Assembly (NCBI GenBank): GCA_003564155.1
Contig: PWOA01000103.1
Coordinates: 9,875 to 73,874 of the forward strand
Source of the DNA: Candidatus Cloacimonadota bacterium
GTDB taxonomy: Bacteria > Cloacimonadota > Cloacimonadia > Cloacimonadales > PWNZ01
Reading direction: 5' to 3'
Length of the DNA: 64,000 nt
Shown here: positions 37,592-48,060 of the stretch, one piece after another
Position numbering within the stretch: position 1 is the first letter of the stretch
How the letters are laid out: the number at the start of each line of letters is the position of its first letter
The notes under the pieces: model-generated
Told to the model about the DNA's origin: nothing
Database searches by the model: none
Seen by the model: the letters and a program-made list of their open reading frames with translations, nothing else
Made by a program: the position numbers and the translations under genes

Positions 37592-38911
37592 ATGAGTTTA
37601 TCGGTAATTATTATCTTGGCTTTTCAAATAATCGGTATAATAATTTTGCTTATTATTCTCTTAAGAAAAAATTCTAATGAACTGCCTAACTTATACGTAA
37701 GATTATCAAGTTTGGAAGCTACCGTGGAGAAGATGTATTCTTCAATAAACGATGATTCGGCTCGAAATAGGGAAGAATTCAATAAAAATGCTAGAGGCTT
37801 GAGAGAAGAAATACAAATGATGTTAAGCTTAATTAAAGATTCTTTTAATACAAACCTAACTATTAACCTTAATCATCTCAATAAACAGCTTTCTGAAAAC
37901 TCTAAAGAAAATCGTGAGGAAATGAAAGCCGGACTTTTATCTTTTGAAGATAAGATTGAAAGATTAAAAGAGACTGTATACGTGCAACTTAATTCACTGC
38001 AATCTGTAAATAGTAGTAAACTTGATGAGATGAGGAACCTTGTTGAAGAGAAGTTACAGTCAACTCTCGAAAAAAGGCTTGGTGAATCCTTCAAGCAAGT
38101 TAGTGATAGATTAGAACGAGTACATCAAGGTTTAGGAGATATGAAAAACCTTGCTTCAGGTGTAGGTGATCTGAAAAAAGTTCTTTCTAATGTAAAAAAT
38201 AGAGGTATATTAGGAGAATATCAACTAGCTAATCTTCTAGAGCAAATATTGAACAGAAATCAATATGAATCAAATTTGAAATGTAAAGAAGATAGTGATT
38301 TTCGGGTTGAATATGCAATAAAAATTCCTTCACGAGACCAGGACAGCAAGTTTATATATTTACCCATAGACGCGAAATTCCCGTTGGAAAATTATTATCA
38401 ATTGCAAGAGGCTTATAATAATGGAGACACTGAAATAATAGAAGAAAATCGGAAAAATTTGGCAATAAGAATGAAACAATGTGCCAAAGATATTTCCAAA
38501 AAATATATCAATCCTCCTTTTACAACGGATTTTGCGATAATGTTTCTACCCACGGAGGGACTTTATGCAGAGGTTTTGAGCAAAATAGGACTTTTTGAAG
38601 AGATTCATCAAAAATATCGTGTTGTTATCTCAGGACCAACTACATTAGGAGCACTCTTGAACAGTTTACAGATGGGGTTTAAAACTTTTGCTATTGAAAA
38701 ACGTTCCGGGCAGGTCTGGAAGTTGCTTGGAGAGATAAAAAAAGAGTTTGGAAACTTCGGTAATGTCTTGCAAGAAACTCAAAAGAGTATATTAGGCGCT
38801 AATAAGAAATTGGATGATTTGATTGGAACCAGAACAAGAGCAATAGAGAGAAAGTTAAGAGATGTTGAGGAATTACCTGTTTCTTCCGAAAACAAGAATA
38901 TTTTAGATTAG
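37592..38911 (+). CDS. rmuC: DNA recombination protein RmuC
   Basis: An N-terminal TM helix and a long coiled coil precede the RmuC nuclease-like core (NRGILGEYQLANLLEQIL, IYLPIDAKFP, FAIMFLPTEGLY). Confidence 0.88.
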   Translation: MSLSVIIILAFQIIGIIILLIILLRKNSNELPNLYVRLSSLEATVEKMYSSINDDSARNREEFNKNARGLREEIQMMLSLIKDSFNTNLTINLNHLNKQLSENSKENREEMKAGLLSFEDKIERLKETVYVQLNSLQSVNSSKLDEMRNLVEEKLQSTLEKRLGESFKQVSDRLERVHQGLGDMKNLASGVGDLKKVLSNVKNRGILGEYQLANLLEQILNRNQYESNLKCKEDSDFRVEYAIKIPSRDQDSKFIYLPIDAKFPLENYYQLQEAYNNGDTEIIEENRKNLAIRMKQCAKDISKKYINPPFTTDFAIMFLPTEGLYAEVLSKIGLFEEIHQKYRVVISGPTTLGALLNSLQMGFKTFAIEKRSGQVWKLLGEIKKEFGNFGNVLQETQKSILGANKKLDDLIGTRTRAIERKLRDVEELPVSSENKNILD

Positions 38912-39063
38912 TGATCCATTTAAACTTGGTATTTTAAGTTGGCAAGAGAACGATAATTCGTGTTACAAATCAATTTATGACATATGGTAAACGGAGAAGT
39001 GTTTTTTAAGTTAGTTATTTGCTAGTTTATATAAAATTTCGTCTTTAAATAGGGAGGTTAGCA

Positions 39064-41766
39064 ATGGATGATACAAAGCAACAAAAATCACATAGCACTA
39101 AATGGCACAATATGGATGAGGATGTTGTTTTAGATAAGCTTGATACTACTTCAGATAGGGGACTTGCAGAAGACGAAGCCCAGAAACGTTTAGATCAATA
39201 TGGAAAAAATAAGCTCCCCGAAGGGCGAAGACAGAGTGCATTTAAAAGATTTGTTTTGCAATTCCATAACATACTAATCTATTTACTTTTAATAGCATCT
39301 GTTGTAACAGCCCTAATGAGTCATTGGATTGATACTTTTGTTATTCTTGCCGTTGTTATAATTAATGCATTTATCGGATTTATACAGGAGGGTAAAGCTG
39401 AAAAGGCTATAGAGGGTATAAAGAATATGCTTTCTCCCGAGGCAACTGTCATAAGAGATAAAAAACAACGTAATATTGATGCTGTAGGTTTAGTACCCGG
39501 TGATATAGTAATAATTGGCGTAGGTAATAAAGTTCCTGCCGACATAAGAATCTTAAGTTCTAAGAACTTGAGAACAGATGAGGCTATACTTACCGGAGAG
39601 TCTAATGATGTTAATAAAAAATCGCATATAGCAGAAGAAGATGCAACAATTGGTGATCGACACTGTATGGTTTTTTCGGGAACAGTTGTTACAAGTGGAG
39701 AAGGTAAAGGTGTTGTAGTAGCAACAGGAGAGTCAACGGAGATAGGCAAAGTATCTCAGATGCTCACAGATGTTGAAAAAATAACAACGCCATTATTACA
39801 AAAAATTGAACGATTTGGAATTGTTTTATCATTTTTTATTGTTGGAGTTGGCACTATTGTTTTCTCTATTGCATATTTCGTTAGAGGCTACAGCATCTAT
39901 GAAGCAATAATGGCTTTAATAGGTATTGTCGTTGCTTCTATTCCCGAAGGTTTACCTGCGATCATGACCATTACTTTAGCAATCGGTGTACAGAGAATGG
40001 CAAAGAGGCATTCGATTATCAGAAGACTTCCTTCAGTTGAAACCTTGGGGGCTGTTAGTGTTATTTGTACTGATAAAACAGGTACTCTTACTCGCAATGA
40101 AATGACGGTTAAAACAATCATAACAGCAGAAGACAGGTATGAGGTTGAAGGAGTTGGCTATAAACCTAAGGGAGAAATACTTAAAAAAAATGATAAAGTT
40201 AATTTAGGGAAAGACGGAATATTAGAATGGTTGATTAAATGTTTCTCAGCATGTAATAATTCTAACATTACAAAGAATGATGAGGGAAATTGGGAACTTA
40301 TTGGTACACCAACTGAAGGAGCTCTCATAACTTTAGCTTATAAATTTGGTTTATCAGATTTTAAGCCAAAAAGAATTGACTCGATTCCTTTTGATTCCGA
40401 AAACAAATTTATGGCCACTATGAATGAGGTTGATAATAAGAAATTTGTGTTTATTAAGGGTGCACCGGAAAAGTTATTAGATATGTGTTCAAAGCAACTG
40501 ATCCGTGATAAGGAAGAGGATATTGACCAAGAATTCTGGAAGGAGAAATTCGATGAAGTGGCAAAAAAAGGTCAACGTTTGCTTTGTGCAGCATATTGTG
40601 AAGTTAATAGCGATAAAGAAGAATTAGACGATATAGGTACTAAATGTACAATTATAGGTTTTGTAGGATTATTTGATCCACCTCGTGAAGAGGTTTTAGA
40701 TGCTATAAAAGAGTGTAAAGAAGCCGGTATTAGAGTTGTTATGATTACTGGTGATCATTCCCTGACTGCGCAAACTATCGCAAAAGAATTAGGAATTTGT
40801 GACAACGAAGAGGTGATTACGGGTGATGACTTAGAAAAGATGGATGATGAGGAATTAAAACAAGTATCAATCGATCATAATGTTTATGCAAGAACATCTC
40901 CGGAACATAAACTAAGGCTAGTTAAATCTCTACAGGCCAATAACCTGCTATGTGCTATGACAGGTGACGGTGTGAATGATGCCCCTGCATTAAAACGTGC
41001 AAATATTGGCATTGCTATGGGGATAAAAGGGACTGAAGTTGCCAAAGACTCTTCGGAAATGATTCTTGCAGATGATAATTTTACATCTATAGTTAATGCT
41101 GTCGAAGAAGGTAGAACGGTTTATGATAACTTACGAAAAACCATTCTTTTTCTCTTGCCTGCAAATGGAGCAGAAGCAACTGTTATCATAGCCGCTATAC
41201 TTTTTGGACTCACTCTACCTATTACCCCCGTACAGATCCTTTGGGTTAATATGGTATCTGCAGTTACATTGGCATTGTCACTGTCTATGGAACCAATGGA
41301 ACACAGAGTTATGAAATTACCGCCCCGTCCTCCTCAAAAGCCGATTTTAGATAAATATTTTGTCTGGAGAGTAGTCTTTGTGTCGCTACTAAGTGGTGGT
41401 ATGGTTTTTGTAACTTTTATGAGAAATTATCAATATTCAGATTATTTTGATCTTGACTATTCAAGAACAATAGCTGTCAATATGCTTGTTTCAGGTCATT
41501 TATTCTATCTATTAACATGCAGGAAATTATATGAATCGAGTATCAGCAAAAGTTTCTTTGATAATAAATATGTTTTTATGTCTGTAGGAATTCTAATTAT
41601 GCTTCAATTAACTTTCACATATCTGCCTTTAATGAATAAGCTTTTCCAAACAACACCAATTAGTTTTAAGTCTTGGCTATTTCCTTTACTTATCGGAATA
41701 ATTGTTTTTTTCTTAGTTGAAACTGAGAAACTGATATTTAGATTTGTTCGCCGGTATGGTTTATAA
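39064..41766 (+). CDS. P-type cation-transporting ATPase (P2-type, Ca2+/Mg2+-ATPase-like)
   Basis: Motifs are TGES, the phosphorylation site ICTDKTGTLT, MITGD and the hinge TGDGVNDAPALK. Ten TM segments are predicted. Confidence 0.93.
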   Translation: MDDTKQQKSHSTKWHNMDEDVVLDKLDTTSDRGLAEDEAQKRLDQYGKNKLPEGRRQSAFKRFVLQFHNILIYLLLIASVVTALMSHWIDTFVILAVVIINAFIGFIQEGKAEKAIEGIKNMLSPEATVIRDKKQRNIDAVGLVPGDIVIIGVGNKVPADIRILSSKNLRTDEAILTGESNDVNKKSHIAEEDATIGDRHCMVFSGTVVTSGEGKGVVVATGESTEIGKVSQMLTDVEKITTPLLQKIERFGIVLSFFIVGVGTIVFSIAYFVRGYSIYEAIMALIGIVVASIPEGLPAIMTITLAIGVQRMAKRHSIIRRLPSVETLGAVSVICTDKTGTLTRNEMTVKTIITAEDRYEVEGVGYKPKGEILKKNDKVNLGKDGILEWLIKCFSACNNSNITKNDEGNWELIGTPTEGALITLAYKFGLSDFKPKRIDSIPFDSENKFMATMNEVDNKKFVFIKGAPEKLLDMCSKQLIRDKEEDIDQEFWKEKFDEVAKKGQRLLCAAYCEVNSDKEELDDIGTKCTIIGFVGLFDPPREEVLDAIKECKEAGIRVVMITGDHSLTAQTIAKELGICDNEEVITGDDLEKMDDEELKQVSIDHNVYARTSPEHKLRLVKSLQANNLLCAMTGDGVNDAPALKRANIGIAMGIKGTEVAKDSSEMILADDNFTSIVNAVEEGRTVYDNLRKTILFLLPANGAEATVIIAAILFGLTLPITPVQILWVNMVSAVTLALSLSMEPMEHRVMKLPPRPPQKPILDKYFVWRVVFVSLLSGGMVFVTFMRNYQYSDYFDLDYSRTIAVNMLVSGHLFYLLTCRKLYESSISKSFFDNKYVFMSVGILIMLQLTFTYLPLMNKLFQTTPISFKSWLFPLLIGIIVFFLVETEKLIFRFVRRYGL

Positions 41767-41796
41767 CAAATACATACAAACATAGGTGGAATATTG

Positions 41797-41828
41797 ACAT
41801 CAGAAAAAGTTTTTAAACATACTGATGT
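41797..41828 (+). terminator. possible weak terminator hairpin after the P-type ATPase gene
   Basis: ACATCAG-N18-CTGATGT forms a 7-bp stem, followed by TTATT. The loop is long and the stem AT-rich, so confidence is low. Confidence 0.25.
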
Positions 41829-41931
41829 TTATTAAACGTCATTTGTAAGCCAAATTCGAGCTATGATTAATTATAAAAAAGTGTTGACAATATACTCATT
41901 GGTATTCATTATAGAAAAAAAAGGATAAGTT

Positions 41932-42783
41932 ATGGTCACTAGATCTCAAAAGATAAGGCTGGGTGTTTTTTTCTTCATTTGTATAAGCCTGTTATTAATA
42001 TTTCTTTTTATAATCGTAGGTAGTAGATTGTTTGAAAAGTTAGACACATACTATATTGCTTATGAAGATATTACTGTTAGTGGCTTGCAGATTGGAGCAC
42101 AAGTAAAATATCATGGAATCCGAGTAGGACGTGTAGAGAACATAAGTTTCGATCCTCAGGATGTGAATAAGGTTATTGTTGAAGTTAAAATAGAAAGCGA
42201 AACGCCGATAAAAGTTGATACGGAGGCAACCTTGATACTCGTGGGTATTACAGGATTAAAACAAGTAGAACTTTTTGGAGGCACACCCGAAGCACCACTT
42301 TTAGAGCCCGGATCTTATATACAAGCCGGTAAAACATTTTTTGATGACATTTCTGTAAGTATCGAGGAAATAACAGCTAAACTTGATAGAGTATTAAGTA
42401 ATGTCGATTCTTTGACAAGCCCCAAAAACCAGGAAATTTTTGCAAATCTGTTAATCAATTTGGAACAGGTTAGTTTGACATCTTTAGCTGCTGCTAGAAG
42501 AGTGGATGAAATAGTGAATTCACCCGAAGTAGAAACAATATTAACTAACACTGCAATCTTTACCGAACAAGTGGTTGATACAGATATAGATAAGCTAATT
42601 GATGAACTTAATGATGCTGTAAGACAAGCTAATCAAACTTTTACTCATCTTGATTTGATGATTATCCGTAGCCGGCGAGATATCTTAATGAGTTTAGAAA
42701 CTATGAAAGAAGCAATAGATAATCTAGAAGAATTCTCAAGATTACTAAGTGAAGATCCCAGTTTGATCTTAAGGAGAAGGTAG
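41932..42783 (+). CDS. MlaD/MCE-family substrate-binding protein
   Basis: An N-terminal TM anchor precedes the MCE domain (ITVSGLQIGAQVKYHGIRVGRVENISF...LILVGITGLKQVEL) and a helical C-terminus. It is the first gene of the Mla-like operon. Confidence 0.8.
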   Translation: MVTRSQKIRLGVFFFICISLLLIFLFIIVGSRLFEKLDTYYIAYEDITVSGLQIGAQVKYHGIRVGRVENISFDPQDVNKVIVEVKIESETPIKVDTEATLILVGITGLKQVELFGGTPEAPLLEPGSYIQAGKTFFDDISVSIEEITAKLDRVLSNVDSLTSPKNQEIFANLLINLEQVSLTSLAAARRVDEIVNSPEVETILTNTAIFTEQVVDTDIDKLIDELNDAVRQANQTFTHLDLMIIRSRRDILMSLETMKEAIDNLEEFSRLLSEDPSLILRRR

Positions 42784-42890
42784 TATTATTAACAAACAGG
42801 ATTAACATGCAATAATTTATCATACGGATAGTACCAAAGACCAATAGATGCTCTTTTTATTTAAAAATTCGGTTCACTAACACATTTAGT

Positions 42891-45149
42891 ATGGAGATCA
42901 ATATGAAGAACTATATTATTCTAAACTGCAAAAAAATAAAACATCATATCTTAATAGTTATACTGTTGTTTCTGATAACTGTGATTATTGGATGCAGCAG
43001 TCCACCCATAGAACGACATTATTATATAATCGATTATAATCCCGTACCTGATAATCCAGGTTTAATCTTAACAGATCCATTACCTTTTAGAGTAGAAGTC
43101 TCTAATAGCCGAATATCGCGAGTTTACGATAGGAGTCAAATTGTTATTCGATACTCTCATCATAAAATTGAATACTCTGATAATGATTTATGGGCTGTTC
43201 GTCTTTCAGGATCAATTCCTGATGCTATAAGCAACCATTTAGTAAGGTATAATACATTTACTACTACACAAAGAGATTTCTTAATTGAAAGACCCCATTA
43301 TGAAGTTGTTACAAGTGTAAATCAGTTGGAAATGATTCAAAGTGATTATTATATCGCAGCCAATATAGACATGGATATATTTCTTCGCCGTAGTGATGAT
43401 TTGGAATATGTAGTTAGGCATTCATTCAAAAAAGAAGTAGAGCTTTTTTCAGATAATATCGAAGTGTTTGCCCAACAGATAAGTATGATTATTAAACAAG
43501 AGACAGATGTCTTTATTGCGAAAATCCTCCAGAAATTCGAAGTTTATGATGAAGAGATAAAAGTAGCCTTAGATGTTGATGAAGAGGATATTGATTTAGA
43601 TGATCAAGATGTTGCTAAAAAAATAATTCCAGAAAGATCCGACTTAGAATTTGGATTAACAGAGGAACAAATACAAACATGGTTAATGTCTACTCCAAGA
43701 GAACAGTTGATTCGAGAAAGTCAGCGGGATATTGTCGGTTTAGGCAGGTTATTTTTACCTGCTATGTCAAATCCGGACTCAGAACCATTTTATACCCTTT
43801 ATAGTGAAGAACAGAATGCAAACTATTTTGAGAGAATGGGAACAAGTATCTTTTTACGCCCAGGAGAGTACACTCTAACCTATGGATCGGGAGCCGAACA
43901 CCAAAGAATGACGAGAGACATAACAATAATTAGAGATTATACACATCTTATTGAGCCTGACTGGGGAGGACTTAGGATTCGAGTAATAGATGAAAATAGA
44001 AATACTCTTGATAACCAGTATGAACTATTTTCTATTTCTAATGCAGAGAGTTATGGATACGGACAAGGGGTTTTAGAAGAGTTCGGTGAACAGCTGCAAA
44101 CCTGGATCTTGAAACCTGGTTCTTATAAAATAGTACTAAACAATTATCCATTTAATACATTAGAAGATTTTTTTACAGTTGATATCGTTAAAGGTGAACT
44201 AAGAACAATCACTATGGTAATCGATTCCGAGACCAATAAACTTAAAGGTGCGGGTTTGATCGAAGGAGTTGAACATACCAGAGAGCTTAGAGATTGGAGA
44301 GTCTCCAGCACGATTCACGGCAGTTTTAATCTTATCAGAGATAACACAGTAGATAGAGACAACCCGAATATGTCGTATGTTATAAACACTCAATTTGATA
44401 ACAGACTAAATTATGATAGCTATCCTTACTACTTTACTTCACATAATCTGACCGACTTGGGTATTACGAGGGAAAGTGATCAAGATTTTCGTCTTTCATC
44501 CGATAGTTTTAAACTTAGAAATACTTTTGTTTACTATTTTTCGAGATTTATAGGTGTTTATTCACGTGCAGACATTGAAACCCAACTTTTTGATGAATAT
44601 CTCTATCTGACTGAATCAAAAAACTTTAGGCTTAAAGATTCAGATGGAACTCATATAAAAGATTATATGGATAGAACAAGTTTTCGTATCAGACAATCAT
44701 TATATCCTTTAGTTTTCAGAGAAGGAGTGGGATTTAATCTCAGGCCTTTAAATAGGCCGAAAGCTTCACTCAATGTTAGATTTGGGTTTGGCTTAAGACA
44801 AGATATATATAAAAATGTATTTCGATTTGAAGGAACTCAAATTATTGAAGGTGAGTATTTCGATGTTTATCGCCATATTGACTCATCATATAGAGAGGGA
44901 ACTGAGTTGTCTGTTTTAGCAAACTTTCATTTGCCTTTTAACCTTTCTTATAATACAACTGCTGATTTTCTTTTCCCTTTTAGCAGTGATGAGTCTAGTT
45001 CGTATAACTGGGAAAATATTTTTTCTCTCCGCTTAATAAGACAAGCAGCTATCGACTATAAAATTAACTTAGCTTACAATAAAGACATTAGGGATTACAC
45101 CGAAATCGTTCACAATGTATTTCTTAGGTTAACATATTTCCTTTACTAA
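42891..45149 (+). CDS. lipoprotein with N-terminal PqiC/YmbA-like (ABC transport auxiliary component) domain and large C-terminal predicted beta-barrel
   Basis: The lipobox IIGC is followed by a PqiC-like pattern (RHYYIIDYNP..., SRVYDRSQIVIRYSHHKIEYSDNDLWAVRLSGSIPDAISNHLV). The last ~300 aa have alternating beta-strand character and end in LRLTYFLY. Confidence 0.55.
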   Translation: MEINMKNYIILNCKKIKHHILIVILLFLITVIIGCSSPPIERHYYIIDYNPVPDNPGLILTDPLPFRVEVSNSRISRVYDRSQIVIRYSHHKIEYSDNDLWAVRLSGSIPDAISNHLVRYNTFTTTQRDFLIERPHYEVVTSVNQLEMIQSDYYIAANIDMDIFLRRSDDLEYVVRHSFKKEVELFSDNIEVFAQQISMIIKQETDVFIAKILQKFEVYDEEIKVALDVDEEDIDLDDQDVAKKIIPERSDLEFGLTEEQIQTWLMSTPREQLIRESQRDIVGLGRLFLPAMSNPDSEPFYTLYSEEQNANYFERMGTSIFLRPGEYTLTYGSGAEHQRMTRDITIIRDYTHLIEPDWGGLRIRVIDENRNTLDNQYELFSISNAESYGYGQGVLEEFGEQLQTWILKPGSYKIVLNNYPFNTLEDFFTVDIVKGELRTITMVIDSETNKLKGAGLIEGVEHTRELRDWRVSSTIHGSFNLIRDNTVDRDNPNMSYVINTQFDNRLNYDSYPYYFTSHNLTDLGITRESDQDFRLSSDSFKLRNTFVYYFSRFIGVYSRADIETQLFDEYLYLTESKNFRLKDSDGTHIKDYMDRTSFRIRQSLYPLVFREGVGFNLRPLNRPKASLNVRFGFGLRQDIYKNVFRFEGTQIIEGEYFDVYRHIDSSYREGTELSVLANFHLPFNLSYNTTADFLFPFSSDESSSYNWENIFSLRLIRQAAIDYKINLAYNKDIRDYTEIVHNVFLRLTYFLY

Positions 45150-45197
45150 TGTTTGGGTAAATAACACCATGCTATAACATGTTATACAATAGGTATT

Positions 45198-46319
45198 ATG
45201 AAAAAAGTTCATGAAAACAGTGAAAACTTATTTGTAGAAAATAAGAAAATATTACTAAAAGGTGATATAGATAAATTTACAGTTCCCTTACTTTGGAAAC
45301 AATTAAGTCAAATTAATGACTTAACCGGCATAGAAATAATTGATTTAAAACATGTAACTTCGATTGATAGTGCCGGTTCATTATTTATTGAAGAAATAGC
45401 TAGTACCATAAAAGATCAAAATAATTTAGACTTACCAATTGATAAACTATATCAAAATGTTACTAAGGATATTAATGATACAATTAAGGTATTTAGCCAA
45501 ACTGACGTAAAGACGTATTCCCGAAAACGTAAAGATCCCTTTTTTGTATTAGTTGGAGACTTAGTTATATCCTTCATAACATCTTTACACGAAATAATGA
45601 TACTTGCATCGGATGTTTTCTATTGGGCAATACTAGGTATCTGGAGAAAAAAAGGAGCTAGAAAAGGTTCTTTTACACAACAATCTCTCCTTATAGGCAT
45701 GGAAGCGGTTCCCATAGTAGCTCTTTTATCATTAATTATCGGGTTAATTTTATCGCTCCAGGCTGCAGTACAGCTTAGAATGTTTGGAGCTGACATCTTC
45801 ATTGCTGATATGCTTGGATATGCAATGTTGACTGAAATGGGAGCAATGATGACAGCAATAATCGTTTCCGGTAGAAGTGGTTCTTCTATAGCTTCGGAAA
45901 TTGCTACTATGAAAGTTTCGGAAGAACTCGATGCTCTGAAGATGATGTCTATTAATCCAATTAGATACGTCATTGTTCCTAAGTTTTATGCAATGAGTGT
46001 TTGTATGCCTTTATTAGTTATTCTCTCGATTATCATAGGTATTTTAGGTGGTGTTTTTGTCGCAATTCTTTACTTGAACATAAGTGCGACCGCATTCTAC
46101 AATCAACTATTAAATGTTTTAACCTTAAAAGATTTGTTAATTACCATGATAAAAAGTACCTTTTTTGGTTGGTCAATCGTTATTATTGGTAGTTTTTACG
46201 GACTTAAGGTTGAAGGCGGAGCTGAAGGTGTTGGTAAAGCTACAACTTATTCGGTAGTGACGTCAATTATTACCGTTATTATTATCGATGTAATTTTTAG
46301 TTTGTTATATTTACCTTAG
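45198..46319 (+). CDS. MlaE-family ABC permease with N-terminal STAS (MlaB-like) domain
   Basis: Residues ~10-75 look like a STAS domain (ILLKGDIDKFTVPLLWKQL...IDLKHVTSIDSAGSLFIEEI). The remainder is an MlaE permease (GRSGSSIASEIATMKVSEELDALKMMSINP). Confidence 0.85.
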   Translation: MKKVHENSENLFVENKKILLKGDIDKFTVPLLWKQLSQINDLTGIEIIDLKHVTSIDSAGSLFIEEIASTIKDQNNLDLPIDKLYQNVTKDINDTIKVFSQTDVKTYSRKRKDPFFVLVGDLVISFITSLHEIMILASDVFYWAILGIWRKKGARKGSFTQQSLLIGMEAVPIVALLSLIIGLILSLQAAVQLRMFGADIFIADMLGYAMLTEMGAMMTAIIVSGRSGSSIASEIATMKVSEELDALKMMSINPIRYVIVPKFYAMSVCMPLLVILSIIIGILGGVFVAILYLNISATAFYNQLLNVLTLKDLLITMIKSTFFGWSIVIIGSFYGLKVEGGAEGVGKATTYSVVTSIITVIIIDVIFSLLYLP

Positions 46320-46398
46320 CAAATGCCTATTAGCCTAAAATCGATATCAATAAATTATGTTGTAAGTTGAAAAAATATTGAGTACTCAAAGGATATTA

Positions 46399-47145
46399 AT
46401 GAATAATTCAGAACCAATAATTCAGGTAAAAAACTTAGTTGCTAAGTATAGTGAAAAAACTATACTCGATGATATATCTGTTGATATTAACCGTGGAGAA
46501 ATAACTGTAATATTGGGCAGCAGTGGTTGCGGTAAAACCACTTTGATGAAAAATATTCTTCAACTGCAAAGACCGGCTTCGGGACAGATAAAAGTTTTCG
46601 GGTATGATTTAACTCAAATTGATGAAATGGATTATCAAGCAATAATCAGACGAATAGGTGTTTTATTCCAAAATGGTGCTTTATTAAACTCGGTTGATAT
46701 ATTTGACAATATCTCTATTCCTATAGAGCAGCACACAAAACTGCCAAAAGAAATTATAAAAAAAATTATTGAAGTTAAGTTGCATTTAGTAAACTTAAGT
46801 CACGCAATATATCTGAATCCTTCAGAACTTTCCGGTGGAATGAGAAAAAGAGCAGCTTTAGCCAGAGCGATTGCTTTAGACCCCGATATCCTATTTTGTG
46901 ATGAACCATCAGCTGGACTTGATCCTCTAACCAGTGCTTCTCTAGACGAACTGATAATCAATCTAAAAAAACAATTGAATATGACAGTAGTTGTGGTAAC
47001 TCATGAGTTAGCTAGTATTCACCGTATAGCCGACAAAATAATTTTTTTAGATAGTGGAAAATTACTGTTTTACGGATCATTAAAAGAAGCCAAGAAGTCA
47101 GGAATTGAACAAATTGATACATTTTTTAAAGTAGGTTCGTTCTGA
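46399..47145 (+). CDS. MlaF-type ABC transporter ATP-binding protein
   Basis: Walker A GSSGCGKTT, signature LSGGMRKRAALARA and Walker B ILFCDEPSAGLDP. The ATG at 46399 follows AAAGGA; the track ORF starts at the TTG at 46378. Confidence 0.9.
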   Translation: MNNSEPIIQVKNLVAKYSEKTILDDISVDINRGEITVILGSSGCGKTTLMKNILQLQRPASGQIKVFGYDLTQIDEMDYQAIIRRIGVLFQNGALLNSVDIFDNISIPIEQHTKLPKEIIKKIIEVKLHLVNLSHAIYLNPSELSGGMRKRAALARAIALDPDILFCDEPSAGLDPLTSASLDELIINLKKQLNMTVVVVTHELASIHRIADKIIFLDSGKLLFYGSLKEAKKSGIEQIDTFFKVGSF

Positions 47146-47230
47146 TATAAGATCAAGGATTTTGAATAAAGTGATTATGGCTAAATTAACTATTCTCGAT
47201 CTCATTATTTATTGATAATTAAGGAGAAAA

Positions 47231-47917
47231 ATGATTATGTTCTTTTATGACTCGACAATCATATTACTTATACCTGTGCTTTTATTGGCTTTTTACGCTC
47301 AAAATAAAGTTAAAAGTAATTACAGGAAATACGCTAAAATACATAACTCTTCAAGCATATCCGGCGCAGATGTTGCCAGGCGTATTTTAGATAAAAATGG
47401 GCTCCATGATGTTCAAGTTAAACCGGTAAAAGGAGTTTTAACGGATCATTATGACCCGAGAATCAAGACTGTTAGTCTCTCTCAGGATGTATACTATGGC
47501 AAGTCAGTATCTTCTCTTAGTATTGCAGCTCACGAAGTCGGACATGCTGTGCAACATGCGGTTAACTATGTCCCACTTAATATTAGAGCAACTATTTTAC
47601 CGGTAGCAAGTATCGGAACAACGGCAGCTTTCCCCATATTTTTTATCGGTTTTTTGTTTTCAATGCCTTTCTTATTGGACATCGGAATTATATTATTTGC
47701 CGGTGCTTTGCTTTTTCATGTAGTAACATTACCAGTGGAATTTAATGCATCTAAAAGAGCAATGATGGAACTTAATAACGGTTTGGTAACAACTCAAGAA
47801 GATATTGAAGGTGCAAAAAATGTTTTAAATGCTGCTGCTTTAACATATGTTGCAGCAACTTTAATGACTTTAGTTCATCTATTAAGAATGATTTTACTTC
47901 GAGGATCAAGGAGTTGA
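47231..47917 (+). CDS. membrane zinc metallopeptidase, YugP family
   Basis: The layout is YugP-like, with N- and C-terminal TM helices. Shared motifs include LTDHYDPR and the HExxH site AAHEVGHAVQH. AAGGAG lies upstream. Confidence 0.85.
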   Translation: MIMFFYDSTIILLIPVLLLAFYAQNKVKSNYRKYAKIHNSSSISGADVARRILDKNGLHDVQVKPVKGVLTDHYDPRIKTVSLSQDVYYGKSVSSLSIAAHEVGHAVQHAVNYVPLNIRATILPVASIGTTAAFPIFFIGFLFSMPFLLDIGIILFAGALLFHVVTLPVEFNASKRAMMELNNGLVTTQEDIEGAKNVLNAAALTYVAATLMTLVHLLRMILLRGSRS

Positions 47918-48060
47918 ACTCTGATTTAGATTTAATCTAATTATCGTTTTCTTTGTAATATAACTAAATATCTTCAAAGATGTTAGAGAGAAGACTATCT
48001 TTATTTAGATGTAATGGTTATATTGTTAAAAATCTATTCAATAAAATTCTTTGTTCATAA

